A stretch of 64,000 bases of DNA from Nemertoderma westbladi (Eukaryota; Animalia; Xenacoelomorpha), in the NCBI GenBank assembly GCA_032718475.1, contig JAUCBJ010004144.1:1-64000 (forward strand). Reading direction: 5' to 3'. Positions 21,850 through 34,369 of the stretch are shown piece after piece. The position numbers were made by a program, and so were the translations under genes. Each line of letters opens with the position of its first letter. The stretch's first letter is position 1. The notes under the pieces are model-generated. The model saw nothing but the letters and a program-made list of their open reading frames with translations, was not told the origin of the DNA and ran no database searches.

Positions 21850-22741
21850 TGAGTGGGAAGATTTAGCCGACGAACATGTATCAGCACAAAGAAGACGGTT
21901 TCCGATGAGAGCGCATCTCGGATTTTGGGCGGTAAATCCTCAAACGATGATGTCGGAAGGATATATCTCCGCTATGCCTCAATATGACGAACTTATCGAG
22001 GTTGTCGATATTTTGCCCCACGACAGCGGATTCCGAGTAGTGCGCGAGTATCTGTTACAGATTCACCCGGATAACAAGAACACGTGGAATTTACAGAAAG
22101 TCGTAAATCGTATCACGTATGGTGAATTTGATCGTTTCCGAACCGAAAAGCGGAATAAAGGAGCTTGGTTAACCGTCGCATGGGCGTACCGAGCCGCGTT
22201 TTACCATAAACGTATACGAGCGAGCGTATTCGAGGAAGAAGAGGTCCTAGAGGCGACGAATATACCAGCCACTCCGGTTGCGCCGTCTGCACGTCACCCT
22301 CGGGAGGACGGGCAGGGTAGGATCATACGGGTCCAGAAGGTGGGCCAACAATTGAAGAAAATCATTAATGTAGAAGAACGCAAGGGAGTTGAGCCGACCA
22401 TTCGAGTTACTCGGGATACGGTATCACTTCCAAGAGAACCAGTAGGAGGATCGGGACATACACCAGCTGATCAACAGGGGGCGCAAGCTAATCTTGGGTC
22501 TGCGTCGTCCGCTTCTCACGCGTTCCCAGACGTTCTACCAACTGTAGTGACGACTGATCGGTCACGAGGAATCGGTCGAGGTTTTGGGATGCCAAATAGA
22601 CGAATTTGCGAGGAAATAGTCGCACCGTCTCTCAACGTCCCAAGTAAACCAGTGACTCGCCCCACAAGTCCCATATCGCGAGCAAAGTCACCTGTGCGCA
22701 GTTTTCGAGGACGCGGCAGGGCTCGATCCACTAAGCGATAA
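21809..22741 (+). CDS. BEL-A accessory gene, segment C (310 aa, basic RG-rich tail)
   Basis: Long ORF. PQYDELIEVV...REYLLQI resembles BEL-C PEYPDEIRAV...RYLLQI. Ends SFRGRGRARSTKR. No signal peptide or transmembrane segment evident. Confidence 0.7.
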   Translation: MNTNLLKLVRKLFDEWEDLADEHVSAQRRRFPMRAHLGFWAVNPQTMMSEGYISAMPQYDELIEVVDILPHDSGFRVVREYLLQIHPDNKNTWNLQKVVNRITYGEFDRFRTEKRNKGAWLTVAWAYRAAFYHKRIRASVFEEEEVLEATNIPATPVAPSARHPREDGQGRIIRVQKVGQQLKKIINVEERKGVEPTIRVTRDTVSLPREPVGGSGHTPADQQGAQANLGSASSASHAFPDVLPTVVTTDRSRGIGRGFGMPNRRICEEIVAPSLNVPSKPVTRPTSPISRAKSPVRSFRGRGRARSTKR

Positions 22742-23729
22742 AAGGGAGGGCAAGGGTGGACGTAAGACTCGTGAGCGTTTCTTATGATTTATGATTTATT
22801 TTGAATTATATGTTTTATATGTAGAAAATAAAACTTATATTATTTATGTTTCATATTTGAGATGCAAAGGAGTTTATATTGTTCTAAACTTATGCAGTTT
22901 ATATTTATGTTTAAGTAAAGACTTATATTTTGTAAAACTTATATTTTATATTTGTGCTTATTCCAAACTTATGCAATTTGTATTGTTCCGAATTTATGAA
23001 ATTTAGAAAGTTTAGAAGGAACTTATATTTGAAAGATTTATGTTTCATATTTGAGATGCAAAGGTTTATATTATTCTAAACTTATGCAGTTTATATTTAT
23101 ATTTAAGTAAAGACTTATAGTTAGTAAGATTTATATTTAGTAAGAATTTATATCTTATATTTACGTGATTATTTCGAACTTATGCAATTTATATTATTCT
23201 GAACTTATGCAATTTATATTGTTCCGAATATTATGCAATTTATATTTTATAAGCAGTATTTGTATTTACAGTGTAAAAGAGAAAGTTTTATAGACAGAAA
23301 ATTTTGTGCTCAGAAAGACTCATATTTGTAATTATTCCAAACTTATGCAATCTACATTTAGGTACGAAAGTATTTGTAATTACTTGAATTTATGCAATAT
23401 TTGGGATGCAATAGTAGATGGAAGACTTGCGAGCCTTTCTTATTGTTTTCATTTATTTGTATTTGTAATTGTTTGAATTTATGCAATATTTGAGATGCAA
23501 TAGATTTATATTGGTGAATTTAATTTAGATTTATATTGTACTTACTTAGTAAAGCCTTAAATACGTAAAGTTTGAATTTGTAATTATTTTTGTATCGAAT
23601 CATTACGTAGAAAGGAAGTATTGTTTGAAATTTAATTGTAAATATGTAAGTACGCCCTAAGTATTCTATAGTTTGATTGATTATTGGTGAAAACCGTATA
23701 TTTTATGCACGATAATATCCTGTTTTCAT

Positions 23730-23736
23730 GGAGCGG
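23730..23736 (+). promoter_or_regulatory. PPT-equivalent of BEL-A (GGAGCGG)
   Basis: Directly abuts the 3' LTR. The same heptamer abuts the BEL-C 3' LTR. Confidence 0.75.
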
Positions 23737-25638
23737 TATAGAATTATATTCCCTAAATGCCGTGGATTTTCAAAATTTTATTTTATTCGAATTAACTTTG
23801 TAAAGATTGCTTTGAGTTCTCATTAGTATTGGTTCTATCTATTATGCATCTATCGGTCAAGTGGTTCAGTAGCTCAGTTGGTAGAGCGTTGGAAATTATA
23901 TGTGTAGTAGGTATCGAGTTCGAATCCTAGTAAGTGCGAATTATTTTTTGTGCAGAATTTCAACTCATTTAAATTAACCGCTACAAATTAATTGCATTTA
24001 TCTGTACCAATAAGGCTGTAGTTATTTGATTGTAACCAATGTCGTGCAAGTTATATATTAGCTGGACCAATAAGCTATCTTTAAAACCTTGTTAGAACCC
24101 ATAGAACAATCGAGAATTTTCTCGATTGATTGCAGCACAAATTTAGTATAAAAGGTGCGATTTCGTTCATTAGTTATCTCAATCACTTCAATATTCACAT
24201 CATTATTCTGTCGTGCTTAGTTTATTCTCAGATTACATTGTATTATAATTGTGTCTTCTGTAATAAAGTCAGAATATTCTCTCAGCTTTTCTGTTTTACT
24301 ATGAATTCACTACGGTGAACAAACTCAGGGACAGGATGGCCGGCTAGAGATCGGGCCGCAGCAATGAACGGGAACATCACGGGAATGTAGACGAGAGACA
24401 ACCCGCAATACCATTTTAGAGTTATTCGCCCATCGCCTGAAAGGTTAGACAGCGTTCGATCCTTGCTACCTAAGTGTAAGACCAAAAGATCAAAGGTAGA
24501 CGTAGTGACACGCTGTGAGCCCAAAATTACATCATAGGGACTGTACTGTCTTGATTCAGGGAAAACCGCAGTAGACCTTCATATTCCTACGGGGGGAGGG
24601 AGAGAGAGCAGATACTAGTACGCAGATAGGACGTAGGCACACCGGTACAAGGCATACACATTGGTTAGGGTGCAGCAAACTGTACGCTTAACTCTTGCTA
24701 AGTACAGGTGTGTGTGCGACTATTTGCAGTACGACCGTGTCTATTACATCAGAACTTGTAGGCTAGGGGGTTGCTGTGTTTTCACCTGAATTGGGATTGT
24801 ACCGTTCAGGCGGTAGGGCAGTTTACGCTAGGCGCAAATAAATTGAGGCTATCAGGGATATACTAACATCTACCGTGTCCCCGCCAACGCCCTAATAGGA
24901 AGTTACCCGGACTACCTGGGTGACTAAAATTCTAGATAGGAGCCAGGATAGCTATTAGTACCCGTACGCCTACAGTAGTAAACTAACACATCTCTTCTTA
25001 GTATCAGGGACCTGGTACCTAAAATTGCCGAATTCTGGGCGTAGTATTAACCTTATGCCTGAATTTGAGTCCTGGAAATACGCAAGAGGGGAAGGAACCT
25101 TATCATTCGTGAGTATTGGACCTACAAGTTATAAAATTAGAATATTCGTAAAATACACACCGTACCCAGTAATTATATATGTGAAGGAGCAAAACTGCTT
25201 TGACCGTTCAGAATTAACACACGCGCGTTAGAAATTATTTACACCTCAAAATATATAAAATTAACTTTCGTCCTTACTGCACTTTGCTCGCTAGTTAGAC
25301 ATCTCCAAATCTGCTCTATACCTAGCTAGCGTCCCTTTGCCCAACCATATAAATCACACCGCGGCAAAGTATACGAGCCTCTTAGTCCGTCAGTGAGTCA
25401 GCCTGATTTTAGGATTCGCTGCGCGGGATTTTGTTTTATCGAAGTTTGTCTGCTCGTAGACTGTTTTCTGCCTCACCGGTTAAAAGAGATCGATACTGCA
25501 ATATATTCGCTACTTGGGGTTTACTGTTTTGGTGAGAAGGTCGGATTTATGATTTGATTTACAAACTTTACAGTAGGATATTGCAGGTATTGTTACCGTC
25601 TCTTCCGATAGTAGGAATAGGCGTATCTCTCCAATTTA
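23737..25638 (+). repeat. BEL-A 3' LTR (includes a second copy of the tRNA-like cassette at 23863-23949)
   Basis: Direct repeat of 8913-10814, followed by TSD ATGTG. Confidence 0.95.
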
Positions 25639-25830
25639 ATGTGTTTTTTACACCCCCTATAACTCGAAAACTAACAGAGCTATAAAGTTCTCGTTTTTTT
25701 TGTGAGATTCAGAGATATATTTTAGGAAAACTCAGGAAATTTCAGCTTACTGCGATCAGTGCTTCTGCGCAGATCACTAGATAAACTTAAGGGGGGGGTG
25801 GATTCAACCCCCCCCCCAGTCCTGTAACGG

Positions 25831-28800
25831 TTAAGATTGTCTATCTCTTGGAGTGGGTTAGAAGACATGAATAGGAAAATCAATGTCGTTTTTTGTAAAA
25901 AATCAGAGGAGATTTTAATAAATTATTGCTGAAAAACACCAAGGATTTTGACAAGGATTTAATACTCATTATATTCATGAAATAGCTGAGAAATTTGAGG
26001 TGAATTATTGCATTACATATTAACTTCGGCTCCAGCCGCTTTGGCAATACGATGAAACTATAATAAATATTATAGAACACAACAATATTAACAGGGAGAT
26101 AGGCTACTTATCTCTTCACTCTGAGAGCCTCAAAAAGGGGGTGTTCTGACACAATCAAAATTCATCCATCTCCAGGGGAAAGACGAAGCAAAGAACAGCT
26201 GATTACTTCTATAAATTTAAGTGTTACCTGCTCTTTTGACTTTCATTTAAGATTGTCTATCTTTTGGAGTGGGTTAGAAGTCATGAATATGAAAATCGAT
26301 GTCGTTTTTTGTAAAAAATCAGAGGAGATTTTAATAAATTAATGCTGAAAAACACCAAGGAATTTGACATGGCTTTAATACTCATTATATTCATGAAATA
26401 GCTGAGAAATTTGAGGTGAATTATTGTATCACATATTAACTTCGGCTCCAGCCGCTTTGGCAATACGATGAAACTATAATAAATATTCTAGAACACAACA
26501 ATATTAACAGGGAGATAGGCTACTTATATCTTCACTCTGAGAGCCACAGATAGGGGGTGTTCCGACGCAATCAAAATTAATCCATCTCCTGGAGAAAGAC
26601 GAAGCAAAGAACAGCTGATTACTTCTATAAATTTAAGTGTTACCTGCTCTTTTGACTTTCATTTAAGATTGTCTATCTCTTGGAGTGGGTTAGAAGTCAT
26701 GAATATGAAAATCGATGTCGTTTTTTGTAAAAAATCAGAGGAGATTTTAATAAATTAATGCTGAAAAACACCAAGGATTTTGACATGGCTTTAATACTCA
26801 TTATATTCATGAAATAGCTGAGAAATTTGAGGTGAATTATTGTATCACATATTAACTTCGGCTCCAGCCGCTTTGGCAATACGATGAAACTATAATAAAT
26901 ATTCTAGGACACAACAATATTAACAGGGAGATAGGCTACTTATATCTTCACTCTGAGAGCCTCAAAAAGGGGGTGTTCCGACGCAATCAAAATTCATCCA
27001 TCTCCAGGGGAAAGACGAAGCAAAGAATAGCTGATTACTTCTATAAATTTAAGTGTTACCTGCTCTTTTGACTTTCGTTTAAGATTGTCTATCTCTTGGA
27101 GTGGGTTAGAAGACATGAATATGAAAATCAATGTCGTTTTTTGTAAAAAATCAGAGGAGATTTTAATAAATTATTGCTAAAAAACACCAAGGATTTTGAC
27201 AAGGATTTAATACTCATTATATTCATGAAATAGCTGAGAAATTTGAGGTGAATTATTGTATCACATATTAAGTTCGGCTCCAGCCGCTTTGGCAATACGA
27301 TGAAACTATAATACATATTCTAGAACACAACAATATTAACAGGGAGATAGGCTACTTATATCTTCACTCTGAGAGCCTCAAAAAGGGGGTGTTCCGACGC
27401 AATCAAAATTCATCCATCTCCAGGGGAAAGACGAAGCAAAGAACAGCTGATTACTTCTATAAATGTAAGTGTTACCTGCTCTTTTGACTTTTATTTAAGA
27501 TTGTCTATCTCTTGGAGTGGATTAGAAGTCATGAATATGAAAATCGATGTCGTTTTTTGTAAAAAATCAGAGGAGATTTTAATAAATTATTGCTGAAAAA
27601 CACCAAGGATTTTATACTCATTATATTCATGAACTATTTGAGATATTTAATACGATGAAACTATAATAAATATTCTAGAACACAACAATATTAACAGGGA
27701 GATAGGCTACTTATATCTTCACTCTGAGAGCCACAGATAGGGGGTGTTCCGACGCAATCAAAATTAATCCATCTCCTGGAGAAAGACGAAGCAAATAACA
27801 GCTGATTACTTCTATAAATGTAAGTTTTACCTGTTCTTATGACTTTCGTTTAAGATTCTCTATCTCGTGGAGTGGGTTAGAAGTTATAAATATGAAAATC
27901 GATGTGGTTTTTGAAAAAAATCAGAGGATATTTTGATAAATTATTGCTGAAAAACCCCTAGGATTTTGACATGACTTTAATACTCATTATATTCATGAAA
28001 TAGCTGAGAAATTTGAGGTGAATTATTGTATCACATATTAACTTCGGCTCCAGCCGCTTTGGCAACACGATGAAACTATAATTAATATTCTAGAACACAA
28101 CAATATTAACAGGGAGATATGCTACTTATCTCTTCACTCTGAGAGCCTCAAAAAGGGGGTGTTCTGACACAATCAAAATGCATCCATCTCCAGGGGAAAG
28201 ACGAAGCAAAGAACAGCTGATTACTTCTATAAATGTAAGTGTTACCTGTTCTTATGACTTTCGTTTAAGATTCTCTATCTCGTGGAGTGGGTTAGAAGTT
28301 ATAAATATGAAAATCGATGTCGTTTTTTATAAAAAATCTGAGAATATTTTGATAAATTATTGCTGAAAGCCCAAGGATTTTGACATGGCTTTAATACTTC
28401 ACTATGTTCATGAAATAACTGAGATATTTTAGGTGAATTATTGCATTACATAATAACTTTAACTCCAGCCACATTAGCAATACGATGAAACTATAATAAA
28501 TATTCTACAACAGAACAATATTAACAGGGAAATAGGCTACTTATCTCTCCACTCTGAGAGCCTCAGAAAGGGGGTGTTCCGATGCAATCAAAATTCATCC
28601 ATCACCAGGGGAAAGGCGAAGCAAAGAATAGCTGATTACTTCTATAAATGTAAGTGTTACCTGTTCTTTTGACTTTCGTTTAAGATTGTCTATCTCTTGG
28701 AGTGGGTTAGAAGACATGAATAGGAAAATCAATGTCGTTTTTTGTAAAAAATCAGAGGAGATTTTAATAAATTATTGCTGAAAAACACCAAGGATTTTGA

Positions 28801-31800
28801 CAAGGATTTAATACTCATTATATTCATGAAATAGCTGAGAAATTTGAGGTGAATTATTGCATTACATATTAACTTCGGCTCCAGCCGCTTTGGCAATACG
28901 ATGAAACTATAATAAATATTCTAGAACACAACAATATTAACAGGGAGATAGGCTACTTATCTCTTCACTCTGAGAGCCTCAAAAAGGGGGTGTTCTGACA
29001 CAATCAAAATTCATCCATCTCCAGGGGAAAGACGAAGCAAAGAACAGCTGATTACTTCTATAAATTTAAGTGTTACCTGCTCTTTTGACTTTCATTTAAG
29101 ATTGTCTATCTTTTGGAGTGGGTTAGAAGTCATGAATATGAAAATCGATGTCGTTTTTTGTAAAAAATCAGAGGAGATTTTAATAAATTAATGCTGAAAA
29201 ACACCAAGGAATTTGACATGGCTTTAATACTCATTATATTCATGAAATTAGCTGAGAAATTTGAGGTGAATTATTGTATCACATATTAACTTCGGCTCCA
29301 GCCGCTTTGGCAATACGATGAAACTATAATAAATATTCTAGAACACAACAATATTAACAGGGAGATAGGCTACTTATATCTTCACTCTGAGAGCCTCAAA
29401 AAGGGGGTGTTCCGACGCAATCAAAATTCATCCATCTCCAGGGGAAAGACGAAGCAAACAACAGCTGATTACTTCTATAAATGTAAGTGTTACCTGCTCT
29501 TTTGACTTTCATTTAAGATTGTCTATCTCTTGGAGTGGATTAGAAGTCATGAATATGAAAATCGATGTCGTTTTTTGAAAAAAATCAGAGGAGATTTTAA
29601 TAAATTATTGCTGAAAAACACCAAGGATTTTGACATAGCTTTAATACTCATTATATTTATGAAATAGCTGAGAAATTTGAGGTGAATTATTGTATCACAT
29701 ATTAAGTTCGGCTCCAGCCGCTTTGGCAATACGATGAAACTATAATACATATTCTAGAACACAACAATATTAACAGGGAGATAGGCTACTTATATCTTCA
29801 CTCTGAGAGCCTCAAAAAGGGGGTGTTCCGACGCAATCAAAATTCATCCATCTCCAGAGGAAAGACGAAGCAAAGAACAGCTGATTACTTCTATAAATGT
29901 AAGTGTTACCTGCTCTTTTGACTTTTATTTAAGATTGTCTATCTCTTGGAGTGGATTAGAAGTCATGAATATGAAAATCGATGTCGTTTTTTGTAAAAAA
30001 TCAGAGGAGATTTTAATAAATTATTGCTGAAAAACACCAAGGATTTTATACTCATTATATTCATGAACTATTTGAGATATTTAATACGATGAAACTATAA
30101 TAAATATTCTAGAACACAACAATATTAACAGGGAGATAGGCTACTTATATCTTCACTCTGAGAGCCACAGATAGGGGGTGTTCCGACGCAATCAAAATTA
30201 ATCCATCTCCTGGAGAAAGACGAAGCAAAGAACAGCTGATTACTTCTATAAATTTAAGTGTTACCTGCTCTTTTGACTTTCATTTAAGATTGTCTATCTC
30301 TTGGAGTGGGTTAGAAGTCATGAATATGAAAATCGATGTCGTTTTTTGTAAAAAATCAGAGGAGATTTTAATAAATTAATGCTGAAAAACACCAAGGATT
30401 TTGACATGGCTTTAATACTCATTATATTCATGAAATAGCTGAGAAATTTGAGGTGAATTATTGTATCACATATTAACTTCGGCTCCCGCCGCTTTGGCAA
30501 TACGATGAAACTATAATAAATATTCTAGGACACAACAATATTAACAGGGAGATAGGCTACTTATATCTTCACTCTGAGAGCCTCAAAAAGGGGGTGTTCC
30601 GACGCAATCAAAATTCATCCATCTCCAGGGGAAAGACGAAGCAAAGAATAGCTGATTACTTCTATAAATTTAAGTGTTACCTGCTCTTTTGACTTTCGTT
30701 TAAGATTGTCTATCTCTTGGAGTGGGTTAGAAGACATGAATATGAAAATCAATGTCGTTTTTTGTAAAAAATCAGAGGAGATTTTAATAAATTATTGCTA
30801 AAAAACACCAAGGATTTTGACAAGGATTTAATACTCATTATATTCATGAAATAGCTGAGAAATTTGAGGTGAATTATTGTATCACATATTAAGTTCGGCT
30901 CCAGCCGCTTTGGCAATACGATGAAACTATAATACATATTCTAGAACACAACAATATTAACAGGGAGATAGGCTACTTATATCTTCACTCTGAGAGCCTC
31001 AAAAAGGGGGTGTTCCGACGCAATCAAAATTCATCCATCTCCAGGGGAAAGACGAAGCAAAGAACAGCTGATTACTTCTATAAATGTAAGTGTTACCTGC
31101 TCTTTTGACTTTTATTTAAGATTGTCTATCTCTTGGAGTGGATTAGAAGTCATGAATATGAAAATCGATGTCGTTTTTTGTAAAAAATCAGAGGAGATTT
31201 TAATAAATTATTGCTGAAAAACACCAAGGATTTTATACTCATTATATTCATGAACTATTTGAGATATTTAATACGATGAAACTATAATAAATATTCTAGA
31301 ACACAACAATATTAACAGGGAGATAGGCTACTTATATCTTCACTCTGAGAGCCACAGATAGGGGGTGTTCCGACGCAATCAAAATTAATCCATCTCCTGG
31401 AGAAAGACGAAGCAAATAACAGCTGATTACTTCTATAAATGTAAGTTTTACCTGTTCTTATGACTTTCGTTTAAGATTCTCTATCTCGTGGAGTGGGTTA
31501 GAAGTTATAAATATGAAAATCGATGTCGTTTTTTGTAAAAAATCAGAGGAGATTTTAATAAATTAATGCTGAAAAACACCAAGGATTTTGACATGGCTTT
31601 AATACTTCATTATGTTCATGAAATTACTGAGATATTTGAGGTGAATTATTGCATTACATAATAACTTTAACTCCAGCCACATTAGCAATACGATGAAACT
31701 ATAATAAATATTCTACAACAGAACAATATTAACAGGGAAATAGGCTACTTATCTCTTCACTCTGAGAGCCTCAAAAGGGGGTGTTCTGACACAATTAAAA

Positions 31801-33465
31801 TTCATCCATCTCCAGGGGAAAGACGAAGCAAAGAACAGCTGATTACTTCTATAAATTTAAGTGTTACCTGCTCTTTTGACTTTCATTTAAGATTGTCTAT
31901 CTCTTGGAGTGGGTTAGAAGTCATGAATATGAAAATCGATGTCGTTTTTTGTAAAAAATCAGAGGAGATTTTAATAAATTAATGCTGAAAAACACCAAGG
32001 ATTTTGACATGGCTTTAATACTCATTATATTCATGAAATAGCTAAGAAATTTGAGGTGAATTATTGTATCACATATTAACTTCGGCTCCAGCCGCTTTTG
32101 CAATACGATGAAACTATAATAAATATTCTAGGACACAACAATATTAACAGGGAGATAGGCTACTTATATCTTCACTCTGAGAGCCTCAAAATGGGGGTGT
32201 TCCGACGCAATCAAAATTCATCCATCTCCAGGGGAAAGACGAAGCAAAGAATAGCTGATTACTTCTATAAATGTAAGTGTTACCTGTTCTTTTGACTTTC
32301 GTTTAAGATTGTCTATCTCTTGGAGTGGGTTAGAAGACATGAATATGAAAATCAATGTCGTTTTTTGTAAAAAATCAGAGGAGATTTTAATAAATTATTG
32401 CTGAAAAACACCAAGGATTTTGACAAGGATTTAATACTCATTATATTCATGAAATAGCTGAGAAATTTGAGGTGAATTATTGCATTACATATTAACTTCG
32501 GCTCCAGCCGCTTTGGCAATACGATGAAACTATAATAAATATTCTAGAACACAACAATATTAACAGGGAGATAGGCTACTTATCTCTTCACTCTGAGAGC
32601 CTCAAAAAGGGGGTGTTCTGACACAATCAAAATTCATCCATCTCCAGGGGAAAGACGAAGCAAAGAACAGCTGATTACTTCTATAAATTTAAGTGTTACC
32701 TGCTCTTTTGACTCTCATTTAAGATTGTCTATCTCTTGGAGTGGGTTAGAAGTCATGAATATGAAAATCGATGTCGTTTTTTGTAAAAAATCAGAGGAGA
32801 TTTTAATAAATTAATGCTGAAAAACACCAAGGATTTTGACATGGCTTTAATACTCATTATATTCATGAAATAGCTGAGAAATTTGAGGTGAATTATTGTA
32901 TCACATATTAACTTCGGCTCCAGCCGCTTTGGCAATACGATGAAACTATAATAAATATTCTAGAACACAACAATATTAACAGGGAGATAGGCTACTTATA
33001 TCTTCACTCTGAGAGCCTCATAAAGGGGGTGTTCCGACGCAATCAAAATTCATCCATCTCCAGGGGAAAGACGAAGCAAACAACAGCTGATTACTTCTTT
33101 AAATGTAAGTGTTACCTGCTCTTTTGACTTTCATTTAAGATTGTCTATCTCTTGGAGTGGGTTAGAAGTCATGAATATGAAAATCGATGTCGTTTTTTGA
33201 AAAAAATCAGAGGAGATTTTAATAAATTATTGCTGAAAAACACCAAGGATTTTGACATGGCTTTAATACTCATTATATTCATGAAATAGCTGAGAAATTT
33301 GAGGTGAATTATTGTATCACATATTAAGTTCGGCTCCAGCCGCTTTGGCAATACGATGAAACTATAATACATATTCTAGAACACAACAATATTAACAGGG
33401 AGATAGGCTACTTATATCTTCACTCTGAGAGCCTCAAAAAGGGGGTGTTCCGACGCAATCAAAAT
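25831..33465. repeat. Satellite array, ~416-bp monomer
   Basis: Resumes in register after the TTAA. 416-bp spacing (26281/26697) and a 3621-bp period (26697/30318, 27128/30749). Confidence 0.97.
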
Positions 33466-33995
33466 TGTGACGGGATCTACGGATCCCGGTTTATCCGTTG
33501 GGTTTTCTATCCACGTGTCCCCGCCGTGTGTGAAAGGTAAAAGAGTTCTGATGTTGGGTAATATGTATAAAGGTATAATAGTCTGATAGTTGATATAGTA
33601 TAGTATGACACAACAGGTAATATATAATGGCGGTAGCGGACGGTGACAGAAGTCCCCGTTCCACCCTACTGATCTGACTGAGTAAACTGAATGATATGAT
33701 TACAGGTTACTGGTTATATTGCACGGTGGCCTTATTGCTACTCAATCGATGCCTTTCCCCCCTCTGATTGGTTGATATCCCTGTTGGCACCCTTTGGAGT
33801 GTTTCCCTTCACTCCCTGTGTTCTCTCTCGGTTAGGGGTTTGGCCCCTGACCCTTATTGTGTGTGTCTCCTTTGGGGCCTATTGTCCCCGTTTACTGGGC
33901 TGACACGAGGTTGATTGGTAATCAACCTCGTGCTCCCAATATTGCTTTATGGCTCACTCTATGGGTTTGTGTTAGCGGAATTGGATAAGCTAACA
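33466..33995 (-). repeat. Element B 3' LTR (530 bp)
   Basis: Matches 39732-40100 joined to 56600-56765, with 2 substitutions and one 5-bp indel seen. Confidence 0.95.
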
Positions 33996-34369
33996 CTCCC
34001 CCCCATGCTATCTTCCCGGTGAGAAGATAGCATCCAACTAAAGTGCGCTACAATTCCGCTGGATCCCGATCTATTATCGGGTGTGGGGTGGGTCTATTTT
34101 TTCTTTCGGAGCCGGCTTTCCGGGCCGCTCCCTATGGGTATGATGTCACTACCCTCTGGCGTCTCGTGTCGGGCCGATCGTGCGCTTCTCTCACACAATT
34201 TTTGTTTCCCCAACACTCTCACCACTCTAACTCCGCTCTCTGACTCAACTCGCTCTTACCCTCTCCCCACACCTGAATCGCACTCCTCTCTCTCGCCAAC
34301 AGTTCCTCTCACTATCTCCTCTCTAATCTCTGCCACTCTCTAAGGCCCTGACCTCTAATGCTACCCCTG

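Larger units (their letters stand above)
8913..25638 (+). mobile_element. Full-length BEL/Pao LTR retrotransposon (BEL-A), 16.7 kb
   Basis: Two 1902-bp LTRs with no differences seen by eye. 5-bp TSD ATGTG (8908-8912, 25639-25643). Single gag-pol ORF with Pao-type domains. Confidence 0.97.
7412..25830. mobile_element. Non-autonomous piggyBac-like TIR element (~1.7 kb without the nested BEL-A)
   Basis: TTAA TSD at 7408-7411 and 25831-25834, duplicating a satellite TTAA. 16-bp TIR CCGTTACAGGACTGGG / CCCAGTCCTGTAACGG. Subterminal inverted repeats (CAGGACTG-G(n)-TTGATTCCACCCCCCCTT). No transposase ORF. Confidence 0.88.

Noticed and set aside
21011-22741. env gene
   Set aside because: No signal peptide, transmembrane helix or fusion-protein Cys pattern; zinc knuckles and an RG-rich tail instead.
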